The notes beneath the pieces were generated by a model. The model ran no database searches and was not told the origin of the DNA. It saw only the letters and a program-made list of their open reading frames with translations. Made by a program: the position numbers and the translations under genes. A DNA stretch of 64,000 nucleotides from an uncultured delta proteobacterium (GTDB lineage Bacteria > Desulfobacterota > Desulfomonilia > UBA1062), in contig CAWAUM010000007.1 of the NCBI GenBank assembly GCA_963785235.1, positions 240,768-304,767 of the forward strand. The letters are read 5' to 3'. Positions 1-9,303 of this stretch are shown piece after piece; the first letter of the stretch is position 1, and each line of letters starts with the position of its first letter.

Positions 1-141
1 TATGCATACGGTACGGTAGCATGTGTGAGGATGTGATGCACAGCAAGGGCATTCATCCTCAGGATAGAAGTTTTATCTGGCTTTATAAACATCACATGCA
101 CGCAATCCTTTTCAAGGAAAGACGAGCGGGGAGGTCCAATC

Positions 142-2535
142 ATGGCATGTACAATGAGGAGCAAGGTTTTACGGGATGAGACGTGCATCAAGTCACTGGG
201 AAGGCTGGCTGACAAACGGGCGGTGCGCGAAGGGCTCAAGATCTGCCTGGAGCGGGCACGGATCATGACCGAAGTATTCAAGGCAAGCGAGGGAGAGCCC
301 ATGTGCATCCGCAGGGCCAAGGGACTGGCCGCGGTCCTGGACAACATGACCCTTTTCTCCCGAGATAAGGAGCTCATTGCAGGCTGCTTTGCAAGCTCGG
401 AAAAGGCATGCCCGACCTACCCTGAGCTCTACTGGAGGTGGCTTGAAAAGGCTGTTGAAACCAAGCCCGACTATGCCTCCATGCTGACCGAGGTGGGCAA
501 ACAGGAGCTGTTCGCCATCCACGAGTACTGGAAACCCTTTTCCATCCATGGCCGGGAGCGTGACTATATCCCTCCCGGAAGGTCCTGGAGGATAGGCGAC
601 TTCATCACGGGCGGATGGATGTGGCAGTGGGAGATCTCCACGCCCAACTACGAGAAGATCCTGAGTATAGGACTCAGTGGGATTATTGCGGAGATCGACA
701 AGAAGCGCTCCGAGGTCCTGTCCGACATCTCCATCCCGACCGAGAAGCGCATGAAGATGATCGATGAGCTGACCGCCATGAAGATTTCCACCGAGGCGGC
801 AGCACGGTGGGGCCGGCGATATGCGAAGATGCTCCAGGAGCACAAGCTTACCGTGAAGGACAAGGCGAGGCGCTCAGAACTCGACAAGATGATCGAGGCA
901 TGCTCCCAGGTACCCGCAGGGCCGGCTCGCAACCTGCACGAGGCACTGCAGTGCTTCATCATGATCACCTTTATCGTCAACTATATCGACCAGCCCCAGG
1001 TGGGCAACGGCATCCGCTTTGACAAGATCTTCGGGCCATATCTTGAAAAGGATATCAAGGCAGGCGTGCTCAGCCGTGAGCAGGCCAAGGAACTGGTGGA
1101 AGGGGTCTGGGTGAAGATGCAGGAGGGGGGATATGTTCAGCCGCCCCAATGGGTGAACAACGGCGGCGGCGGGCTTGGTTTCCAGACCATCACCCTAGGC
1201 GGCACGGATGAAACGGGAAAGGACATCACCAATGACATGACCTACCTGGCCCTGAAGGTAACCGGAGAGCTCCAGACCATTGCCCCGCAGATTGCGGTTC
1301 GTATCCATGACAATACGCCCAAGGAGCTCTACCAGGCCATCTTCAGGTGCGTACGAACCGGATGCGCCCAGCCGGCGGTGTTCAATGACCAGGTAAACCT
1401 GCTCAGGCTCGAAGGCCTCGGATGCTCAAAGGAAGAGGCGAGGCTCTATTCCATCAACAACTGCATGCAGCCGGTCATACCCGGAAAGAACTGCCACTAC
1501 CGTGCAGGGCACAGCGGAGGATTTGTGCTGCCCATGTGCCTGAACCTGGCCCTTGATGAAGGCAGGTTCAGCGGCAAGGTGGTAGGTGCGCCGACACCCT
1601 CCATCTCAAAGCTGAAGACCTATGATGATGTGTGGAAGGCATTCTGCGCCCAGGTGGAGTTTGCTGCCGAGACCCTGGGCATCATCTCCAACATTGCGGA
1701 TGTACTCCTGAAAGAGTACATCCCCCGGCCGTTCCTCTCGGCCCTGCTGGACGGCAATATCGAGAAGGGATGCGATATGAGGGACTGGGAATATCTGGGC
1801 CTGCGGCATCACCTGGTCTTCGGGGTCAACAATGCGGCAGACGGCCTGGCAGCCATAAAAAAGCTCGTCTTTGACGAGAAGAAGCTTACTCTTGAAGAGT
1901 ACCTGAAGGCGGTCCAGGGCAACTACCAGGGCAAGTATGAGAGCACCTACCGCCTGATAGAACAGGGCGCACCCAAATTCGGCAACGACGATGACTATGT
2001 GGATTTCATCAGCCGAGACATAATGCTCAAGATACGCCAGGAATGCGACAAGTGGACAGACATCTATGGCAAGCCTTTTATCTTAGACGGCACCACTGCA
2101 TCGGCCCCCATTGGTGCAGGAATGATCCTGCCTGCTACCTGCGATGCGCGCATGGAAGCAGAGCCTTTTCATGACGGCAGCATCTCCCCGGTCCAGGGAA
2201 GAGACACCTCGGGCCCCACTGCCACAGTAAGGTCTGTGGGCAAGGTGAAGACGCTTGAGACCGGCAACTTCCTTCTGAACCAGAAGTTCATGCCCTCCTT
2301 CTTTGATGTGCAGAACTACGAGGTCATGGAAGGGTACATGAAAACGCTGCGTGACATGGGCATCCATCATGTGCAGTTCAACTGCGTGGACAAGGGCACC
2401 ATGCTCGAGGCCAAGGCGCATCCCGATAAATACCGGGACCTCATCGTACGGGTTGCAGGGTATTCCGCTTACTTCATAGACCTGGACAACCGGATGCAGG
2501 ACGAGATCATCAAGAGGACCGAGCAGGCGTTCTGA
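142..2535 (+). CDS. Glycyl radical enzyme (PFL2/glycerol dehydratase-like fold), substrate unknown
   Basis: 797 aa; C-terminal Gly-radical motif LIVRVAGYSAYF; Cys loop YSINNCMQP; PKFGNDDDYVD; RBS GGGAGG upstream; activase follows. Confidence 0.93.
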   Translation: MACTMRSKVLRDETCIKSLGRLADKRAVREGLKICLERARIMTEVFKASEGEPMCIRRAKGLAAVLDNMTLFSRDKELIAGCFASSEKACPTYPELYWRWLEKAVETKPDYASMLTEVGKQELFAIHEYWKPFSIHGRERDYIPPGRSWRIGDFITGGWMWQWEISTPNYEKILSIGLSGIIAEIDKKRSEVLSDISIPTEKRMKMIDELTAMKISTEAAARWGRRYAKMLQEHKLTVKDKARRSELDKMIEACSQVPAGPARNLHEALQCFIMITFIVNYIDQPQVGNGIRFDKIFGPYLEKDIKAGVLSREQAKELVEGVWVKMQEGGYVQPPQWVNNGGGGLGFQTITLGGTDETGKDITNDMTYLALKVTGELQTIAPQIAVRIHDNTPKELYQAIFRCVRTGCAQPAVFNDQVNLLRLEGLGCSKEEARLYSINNCMQPVIPGKNCHYRAGHSGGFVLPMCLNLALDEGRFSGKVVGAPTPSISKLKTYDDVWKAFCAQVEFAAETLGIISNIADVLLKEYIPRPFLSALLDGNIEKGCDMRDWEYLGLRHHLVFGVNNAADGLAAIKKLVFDEKKLTLEEYLKAVQGNYQGKYESTYRLIEQGAPKFGNDDDYVDFISRDIMLKIRQECDKWTDIYGKPFILDGTTASAPIGAGMILPATCDARMEAEPFHDGSISPVQGRDTSGPTATVRSVGKVKTLETGNFLLNQKFMPSFFDVQNYEVMEGYMKTLRDMGIHHVQFNCVDKGTMLEAKAHPDKYRDLIVRVAGYSAYFIDLDNRMQDEIIKRTEQAF

Positions 2536-2601
2536 AAAGGAATTTAAGGCCATCCCTTAAGTGAAGATGTACGGGGTGGTGGCAAAGGTCCGAAAAGCCG
2601 G

Positions 2602-2650
2602 CCCGTTCAAATCTGTCAACTCGCTTTTTGAGTTGATGGATTTGAACGGG
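2602..2650. repeat. 21-bp inverted repeat (hairpin) downstream of the GRE
   Basis: CCCGTTCAAATCTGTCAACTC / GAGTTGATGGATTTGAACGGG, two G-U pairs, 7-nt loop. Confidence 0.85.
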
Positions 2651-2740
2651 TAAAATGAAGGAAAGGCGTGAACATGGGCAGGTCCGTGTTTAATGGCTAT
2701 TTACACTTGATCGGGATTGATTTGAGCGTCCAGGTTCTGG

Positions 2741-2794
2741 CCTTTTCAAAGGATCAATCTCCCCGAAAAGGGGGAGATTGATCCTTTGAAAAGG
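2741..2794. repeat. Perfect 24-bp inverted repeat just upstream of the activase RBS
   Basis: CCTTTTCAAAGGATCAATCTCCCC-GAAAAG-GGGGAGATTGATCCTTTGAAAAGG. Confidence 0.9.
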
Positions 2795-2815
2795 TTGATG
2801 AAAAATGGAGTTGCA

Positions 2816-3748
2816 ATGACACGACAAGCATCAGAAGAGCATGAAAGAACACAGGGAACCATATTCAACATCCAGAACTTCAGCATCCATGACGGCCCTG
2901 GAATAAGGACCACAATGTTCCTCAAGGGCTGTCCGTTGCACTGCCCCTGGTGCTCGAACCCCGAGTCCATATATCCGGCCATCCAGATCAAAATCTCGCC
3001 GGAGAAGTGCCGGGGGTGCAAAAAGTGCTCTGATGCCTGCGAGAGCGGCGCCCTTTCAATGGAGAATGGAAAGGTCCGTTTTGAACACTCCTTATGTACG
3101 GATTGTCTTGCCTGTGCGGGTGTATGTGAAAGCGGCTGCATCACGAAAATAGGGTCACGTATCAGCGCTGATGAAGCAATAGAAAAGCTCCTGAGGGACA
3201 GGCCCTTTTATGAGAATACCGGCGGCGGCGTCACTGTATCAGGGGGGGAACCCCTTTTCCAGCAAGAATTCGTATCAGAGATATTGAGCAGGCTCCACAA
3301 GCATGGTGTGAATACGGCTGTTGATACCTCGGGCTTTGCCAGCCGGCCGGCCTTTGCCGGCATCATCGATAACGTGGACCTTTTTCTTTTCGACATCAAG
3401 CACCTGGACAGGGAAAAACACCGAAGCACCATAGGCGTAGACAATGATGTCATCCTGAACAACCTTAAGGAGTGCGCAGCCCGGACTCAGGTTTGGACCA
3501 GGACCCCTCTCATACCGGGATTCAACGATGACTTCGAGGTTACCGACGCTATCGCCAGGCTTGCACATGAAGTCGGTGCCCAGCGATGCTGCTTCCTGCC
3601 CGTGCATCGATGGGGCGAGCACAAGTATTCCCGGCTCGGTCTTGCGAATCCTTATGAAAACATCCGAGAATTTTCAGCAGGGGAGATTGAAATATTCAAA
3701 GAGCGGTACAAAAGACAGCAAGGATTCGTGTTTTTCGAGGCGGCATAA
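2816..3748 (+). CDS. Glycyl-radical enzyme activating protein (radical SAM with 2x[4Fe-4S] insertion)
   Basis: HDGPGIRT..FLKGCPLHCPWCSNPE; ferredoxin insert CRGCKKCSDAC/CTDCLACAGVC; GGVTVSGGEP; ATG 2816 follows GGAG. Confidence 0.93.
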   Translation: MTRQASEEHERTQGTIFNIQNFSIHDGPGIRTTMFLKGCPLHCPWCSNPESIYPAIQIKISPEKCRGCKKCSDACESGALSMENGKVRFEHSLCTDCLACAGVCESGCITKIGSRISADEAIEKLLRDRPFYENTGGGVTVSGGEPLFQQEFVSEILSRLHKHGVNTAVDTSGFASRPAFAGIIDNVDLFLFDIKHLDREKHRSTIGVDNDVILNNLKECAARTQVWTRTPLIPGFNDDFEVTDAIARLAHEVGAQRCCFLPVHRWGEHKYSRLGLANPYENIREFSAGEIEIFKERYKRQQGFVFFEAA

Positions 3749-3943
3749 ATCAAACCATTACGCATATCTTTTTTCCCATTCTATCAAACCTGAGGATTCA
3801 AGCCCTTTTTGCGTATAAGGCTGGCTGCGTATCCAAAAGAAATGATTTGACTTTTAATGAGTAATTATTATTATCGTTAACATTGGAATTAGTTTTCCCT
3901 GTGATAGCTCACCAGTGATGAAGGCATCAAGGAGGTTTCCGGT

Positions 3944-5788
3944 ATGAAGAACAGGCTTACCAGCAACATCAAGGAAGAGCAGGCTGTGGATCTCACCAGA
4001 AAGATCATTGAGCTTGAAGAATCAACCCGCGGGTATGAGCGCAGGAGCACGTTCTTCGAACTGCTCATCAGGAGCCTGCCAGGACTGTTCTACGCCTTTG
4101 ATGACAAGTTCCAGGTGCATATGTGGAACAAGAATGTAGAGAAGGTCACCGGGTATATTGCCGATGAAATCCCGGAGCATAGCCTCTTCGAACTGTTTGA
4201 CGGTGATGACCTCAAGTTCATTCAGGATACCATCCAGAATGTGTTCAAGACCGGCGAGGGAGTGGCGGAGGCGATCCTCATTACAAAAGACGGCAGGCGG
4301 ATCCCCTATTTTTTTACAGGGGTCAGTGCAGTGATCGAGGGCACGCCTTACCTCCTGGGTATGGGGCTGGATATCAGCATCCTGAAAGGGGCCGAAGCTG
4401 CGTTGCTGGAGAGTGAGGCCCTTTACCGCACCTTTGCCGCGCGCATGACCGAAGGAGTGACGCTCATTCATGAAGATAAATTCGTGTTCGTGAACAATGC
4501 CTTTGCCTCCATGCTCGGATTTTCCGATCCCAATGAGATCCTTGGTCAGGATGTCATGGGCTTTGTGAGCAAGGAATTCGAGATGTATTTCAGGGAACTT
4601 TTCGAGTCCATCGTAAAGGGCATGTCAAAGGAACGTTTTTTCCAGGCCCGGTGGATGAGGGACAAAAAACAGGAGATATGGGTAGAAGGCAGGGGCAACC
4701 TTATCCAGTGGAAAGGGAATCCTACCGTTCTGCTCACAGCACGCGACATCACCGAGACCAAGCTCAAAGAGATCTCCATGCAGGAGGAGGCCGCATACCT
4801 CAGAAGGGAAAACGTAACCCTGAGATCATCCATTAAAGACCGTTACCGCTTCGGTGACATCATCGGCAAGAGCTCGGCTATTCAGGAAGTCTATGAGCTC
4901 ATCCTCAACTCGGCAGCCACTGGTGCCAATGTCATCATCTATGGCGAGTCCGGCACCGGCAAGGAGCTGGTAGCCAAGGCCATACACCAGTTTTCCAGCC
5001 GCTCCGCCAGTCCCTTTGTCCCGGTCAACTGTGCGGCCATACCCGATAACCTTATCGAAAGTGAATTCTTTGGTTATAAGAAGGGGGCCTTCACCGGCGC
5101 CAATACCGATAAACAGGGATATTTGGATATGGCCCACGGGGGGACCTTGTTCCTCGACGAGGTGGGCGAACTGGGGTTGAATCTCCAGGCTAAACTCCTT
5201 CGCGCCATAGAGGGCAGCGGCTATTCGCCGGTGGGCGGCAATATCACCAAACATTCGGATTTCAGGATTATCGCGGCAACCAACAAGAACCTGCTGGAGT
5301 ATACGAAAAAGGGCCTCATGCGGGAGGATTTCTTCTACAGGATCCATATCATACCCATACAGCTCCCCGCACTCAGGCAGCGTAAAGATGACATACCTCT
5401 CCTGGTAGAGCACTTCTTGAGAATCTATTCCCCTGGAAAAAGACTTCCTTCCGTCTCGGGCCATGTGCTGGAGGCGCTCCAGAATTATGACTGGCCGGGC
5501 AATGTGCGTGAGCTGCAGAATGTCATCCAGCGTTATCTTACGGTAAAGAGGATCGACTTCCTTACCCCGGCAACCCAGGAGCCACCTGAGATCTTCAACC
5601 AGGCACAGGCCTCGCTGGACAAGGGTAAAAAGGACCTCAAGCTTCATGACTACACCGAGAACATCGAGAAGGCAGTAATCATGGATGCGCTGAGCCAGCA
5701 TCGCTGGAACAAGAGCAAGGCATCAGAGGCATTGATGATTTCCCGCAAGACACTTCAAAGAAAGATGAAACGGCTCGGGCTGGTGTGA
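3944..5788 (+). CDS. PAS-PAS sigma54-dependent transcriptional activator
   Basis: Two PAS-like domains, GESGTGKE, GAFTGA, WPGNVREL, C-terminal Fis HTH. Confidence 0.93.
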   Translation: MKNRLTSNIKEEQAVDLTRKIIELEESTRGYERRSTFFELLIRSLPGLFYAFDDKFQVHMWNKNVEKVTGYIADEIPEHSLFELFDGDDLKFIQDTIQNVFKTGEGVAEAILITKDGRRIPYFFTGVSAVIEGTPYLLGMGLDISILKGAEAALLESEALYRTFAARMTEGVTLIHEDKFVFVNNAFASMLGFSDPNEILGQDVMGFVSKEFEMYFRELFESIVKGMSKERFFQARWMRDKKQEIWVEGRGNLIQWKGNPTVLLTARDITETKLKEISMQEEAAYLRRENVTLRSSIKDRYRFGDIIGKSSAIQEVYELILNSAATGANVIIYGESGTGKELVAKAIHQFSSRSASPFVPVNCAAIPDNLIESEFFGYKKGAFTGANTDKQGYLDMAHGGTLFLDEVGELGLNLQAKLLRAIEGSGYSPVGGNITKHSDFRIIAATNKNLLEYTKKGLMREDFFYRIHIIPIQLPALRQRKDDIPLLVEHFLRIYSPGKRLPSVSGHVLEALQNYDWPGNVRELQNVIQRYLTVKRIDFLTPATQEPPEIFNQAQASLDKGKKDLKLHDYTENIEKAVIMDALSQHRWNKSKASEALMISRKTLQRKMKRLGLV

Positions 5789-5888
5789 CCGGAAGTGGGC
5801 GCTTGTGACCCATGGATATCAATAAATCGACTTTGTATTTTAATAACAGCAAGTTATATGCTCCGATTTTATTTATACCCCTAGATCC

Positions 5889-5904
5889 GGGACACTTCTG
5901 TCCC
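5889..5904. promoter_or_regulatory. Palindromic candidate enhancer (UAS) GGGACA-N4-TGTCCC
   Basis: Perfect 6-bp dyad ~80 bp upstream of the sigma54 promoter, directly after the activator gene. Confidence 0.55.
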
Positions 5905-5980
5905 ACTGTCCATGTACCTGCCTTAATCCTGCCTTAAGAATACCTACGTAATATCAGCAGAGTAAATACGATTATCCTCT

Positions 5981-5996
5981 TGGCACTATCCTTGCT
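5981..5996 (+). promoter_or_regulatory. Sigma54 -24/-12 promoter of the mutase/ass operon
   Basis: TGGCACTATCCTTGCT matches TGGCAC-N5-TTGC. Confidence 0.85.
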
Positions 5997-6088
5997 CTAT
6001 CTTGGATAGGGACATGTAACCACAGATCTGATGTCTCAGCCTTTGAAGTTTTCTTGTTGATTGGCATGTTCCAGCGAAGGGGGTTCAC

Positions 6089-6559
6089 ATGGGTCAGGAT
6101 TCAAAGATCCGCATTCTCATCGCCAAACCAGGTCTTGACGGGCATGAACGGGGCGCACACGTGGTGGCCTACGGGCTCAGGGACGAAGGCTTCGAGGTAA
6201 TTTACACGGGCTTGCGCCAGACTCCAGAGCAGATCGTTTCCGCAGCCGTCCAGGAAGATGTCGCCGTCATCGGTCTCTCCATCCTTTCGGGGGCTCACCT
6301 CTCGCTGACTAAAAAAGTCATGGAAGGCCTCAAGGCCAAAGGCGCAGAAGACATCCTGGTTACCGTTGGGGGCATCATTCCTGAAGGAGACAGAAAAGCC
6401 CTTGAAAAAATGGGTGTGGGCGGCATCTTCACCTCAGGCGCGAAGATCAAGGATATTGCGGCATTCATCCGCACAAAGCTCAGAGAAGAAATGCCGTATG
6501 AAGAAAATATGGGAATATTTGCTGAAGGTGCCCTAACCACTGTCAAGGACAGGACATGA
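6089..6559 (+). CDS. Acyl-CoA mutase cobalamin-binding small subunit
   Basis: AKPGLDGHERGA (DxHxxG), GLSILSGAH, VGGIIP. Confidence 0.92.
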   Translation: MGQDSKIRILIAKPGLDGHERGAHVVAYGLRDEGFEVIYTGLRQTPEQIVSAAVQEDVAVIGLSILSGAHLSLTKKVMEGLKAKGAEDILVTVGGIIPEGDRKALEKMGVGGIFTSGAKIKDIAAFIRTKLREEMPYEENMGIFAEGALTTVKDRT

Positions 6560-8304
6560 AGGACAATAGAAAAAAGATTGAAGAGGCTGCGAGGAAGTGG
6601 GAGGCTGAGATTCTCAATCCTCGCGTGAAGAGGTTTAACCTGGGCAAGAGTCCTACGAGCTTCCACACCCCCTTGTCAATGAATGGTTCTCAATTCCTGG
6701 AAAAAGTCGGATTTCCCGGCCAGTACCCGTTCACTGCAGGGAACAATCCCTTTGACTTCTGGAACGCACATGCACGCTCAGCTGCAAAGCTCGGTTACCG
6801 GCCCGACTGGGGCGGAGCAGGCGGGGTCGGTAAATACGGCGGGTTCGGAACCCCTGCCGATTATCGTGATTATTTATTGAGGATGCAGTCCATGGGACGC
6901 AAGGGCGGGCCCAACATCGCCTTTGACCTGGCGACCCAGTGCGGATACGACTCTGACAGCCCCTATGCCGAGGGAGAAGTGGGCCGGGTTGGGGTTGCCA
7001 TAGACTCTCTGCAAGACTTTGCAGTCATCTACGAGGCCTATACCGGAGATCTCGACATCGACAAGGTGCCGTCCAACTTCACCATCAATGCCCCTGCTGC
7101 AATCATCATCGCCATGTATGCCTGTCTTGCCAAGAAGCGTGGTATCCCGCTTGATAAGTTGAGGGGTACGCCCCAAAACGACATCCTCAAAGAATTCATC
7201 GCCCGAGGAACATACATTTATCCACCAAAGCCTTCCTTGAGGCTGTTCCGCGATACGTGCGTATTCTGCCGTAAGCACATGAGAGCGCTCAACATAAATT
7301 CCATCGGAGGCTACCATATGAGGGAGGCCGGAGCCACACGCACCCAGGATCTGGCATTCTCCATGGCCAACGGCATTGCCTATATCGAGGCCGGTCTCGA
7401 AGGCGGACTTGCCGTCGATGAGTTCGCGCCTGCATTCACCTTCAATGCATTCGGCGGCAGCATGGAGATCTATAATGAAATAGCATTCCAGAGGGCGGCC
7501 CGCAGGATGTGGGCGCATATCCTCAAAGATCGCTTCGGCGCAAAAGATCCCAGGAGCATGATGATCCGCCAGCCCATCACGGCTCACATCGGATGCTCCA
7601 GCACCACGCTCCAGAGACCGCTCAACAATCTCGCCCGAGCCGTTGTCGGCGGAATGGCGGCCGGCATGTCCGGCGGCATTCCCGGTGCATTCCCTCCCTT
7701 TGACGAGCCGCTGGGGCTCGGACATTCCCAGGAGGCAGTCCAGCTACAGCTCGATGCCACCAGGATCATGATCTACGAGGCCAAGGTGACAGACGTATGC
7801 GATCCATGGGCTGGATCCTATTTTATGGAATCGATCACGGACGCCACCGAGGAAGCGGCGGCAACCGAGATGGCAAAGATCGAGAAGATGGGGGGAGCGG
7901 TTGCGGCCATAGAAAACGGTTACATGCAAAAGGCAGTGGCCAAGAGTGCATACGAGCGCCAGAAGCTCATCGAGAAGCAGGAGGATTTCGTGGTGGGGGT
8001 GAACTGCTTTACTGAGGCTACCGAGATAGAGGTGTCAGTCAACCGCATGGTGGAAGCGACCTATGACCCAGGGCTCATGAAGACGGCCGAAGAGCGTCAG
8101 AAAAAAAATCTGGCCCGATTCAAGAGGGAAAGGCATGGCAAGGCTGTCCTTACCACTCTTAAGAATCTTAAAAGTCAGGCCGCAGACAAAGACAAGAACC
8201 TCATGCCCGCCATCTGTGAATGTGTGGAAAACGACGCGACCCTCCAGGAGATCTGCGATGTGCTCCGCGAGGTCTTTGGTGAGTCCCAGCCCATAAAACT
8301 CTAG
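6556..8304 (+). CDS. Acyl-CoA mutase large subunit (putative alkylsuccinyl-CoA mutase)
   Basis: GFPGQYPFT, KYGGFG, GEVGRVGVAIDS, QNDILKEFIARGTYIYP, GYHMREAGA. Confidence 0.9.
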   Translation: MKDNRKKIEEAARKWEAEILNPRVKRFNLGKSPTSFHTPLSMNGSQFLEKVGFPGQYPFTAGNNPFDFWNAHARSAAKLGYRPDWGGAGGVGKYGGFGTPADYRDYLLRMQSMGRKGGPNIAFDLATQCGYDSDSPYAEGEVGRVGVAIDSLQDFAVIYEAYTGDLDIDKVPSNFTINAPAAIIIAMYACLAKKRGIPLDKLRGTPQNDILKEFIARGTYIYPPKPSLRLFRDTCVFCRKHMRALNINSIGGYHMREAGATRTQDLAFSMANGIAYIEAGLEGGLAVDEFAPAFTFNAFGGSMEIYNEIAFQRAARRMWAHILKDRFGAKDPRSMMIRQPITAHIGCSSTTLQRPLNNLARAVVGGMAAGMSGGIPGAFPPFDEPLGLGHSQEAVQLQLDATRIMIYEAKVTDVCDPWAGSYFMESITDATEEAAATEMAKIEKMGGAVAAIENGYMQKAVAKSAYERQKLIEKQEDFVVGVNCFTEATEIEVSVNRMVEATYDPGLMKTAEERQKKNLARFKRERHGKAVLTTLKNLKSQAADKDKNLMPAICECVENDATLQEICDVLREVFGESQPIKL

Positions 8305-8319
8305 GAAGAGGTCTGTTAC

Positions 8320-9303
8320 ATGGAAGACATGCTCAAGAGATTGATCGATAGAGCCAGGCAAGGAGACGAAAGGTCCCTTGCTCGGCTCATCTCGCATGTC
8401 GAAGACCGCAGGCCGGGCTGGAAGGACGCCATGAAGACCATGTACTCCCATACGGGCCGTGCATGTGTCATCGGGATTACGGGTTCTCCGGGGGCGGGCA
8501 AGAGCACCCTGGTGGGCGAGATCGCCAAGAGACTTGCGGATGATGGCTGCACCATCGGCATTATCGCGGTTGACCCGTCGAGCCCGTTCTCGGGCGGGGC
8601 GCTGCTGGGAGACCGCATCAGGATGCGTGACATCAGCACCGTTAAGGGCATCTTCATCCGGTCCATGGCTACCCGCGGTGTGCTGGGAGGCCTGTGCCAG
8701 GCGGCAAAAGACGTGGTGAGGATCATGGATTTTGCGCGCAAGGACGTGGTTCTCATCGAGACCGTGGGTGTGGGACAGGACGAGATCGAGGTGGTGAGCG
8801 CTTCCGACCATGTGATGCTTGTAACCTTTCCGGGAGGCGGTGACGGCATCCAGGCCATCAAGGCAGGCGTTATGGAGATCGCCGACCTGTTCGTGGTGAA
8901 CAAGTCCGACCGCGGCGGCGCCGACGAGACGGCCTCTGAGATCTCGGCCATGCTCGATCTCTCAACCGAGACAAAAGAAGAGATACCGCCCGTCATCAAG
9001 ACCTCGGCCGTCACCAGGGATGGACTGACTGAGCTCGTGACCATCCTCCTGGAATACATCCATCAGAAAAAGGCCGGGCTTCCCATCCGGAAGGCCAATG
9101 TGCGTCAGGAGATTCTGGGCATCCTTGAGCGCGAGGTCACCAGCCTCATCAGGGAGCGGATCATGGGCAACGGGAAACTGGATGCAGACATCGAGAGGAT
9201 AATGGCAGGCAAAAGCGATCCCTACAGCGCGGCAGACGGAATAATCGCCAGGTTCGCTTTCATGAAGGGCTTGGACAAAACACACGAAGGAGACCCTCAA
9301 TGA
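8320..9303 (+). CDS. meaB: Mutase-associated GTPase MeaB/ArgK
   Basis: GITGSPGAGKST, AVDPSSPFSGGALLGDRIRM, IETVGVGQ, NKSD. Confidence 0.93.
   Translation: MEDMLKRLIDRARQGDERSLARLISHVEDRRPGWKDAMKTMYSHTGRACVIGITGSPGAGKSTLVGEIAKRLADDGCTIGIIAVDPSSPFSGGALLGDRIRMRDISTVKGIFIRSMATRGVLGGLCQAAKDVVRIMDFARKDVVLIETVGVGQDEIEVVSASDHVMLVTFPGGGDGIQAIKAGVMEIADLFVVNKSDRGGADETASEISAMLDLSTETKEEIPPVIKTSAVTRDGLTELVTILLEYIHQKKAGLPIRKANVRQEILGILEREVTSLIRERIMGNGKLDADIERIMAGKSDPYSAADGIIARFAFMKGLDKTHEGDPQ

Noticed and set aside
2575-2610. Possible c-di-GMP-I riboswitch (GGCAAA..GAAA)
   Set aside because: No paired tetraloop stem or downstream GACGCAAAGC; overlaps a simple hairpin.
2670-2781. Short ORF between the GRE and activase as an Fe-S small subunit
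   Set aside because: No cysteines, and it runs through the inverted repeat.
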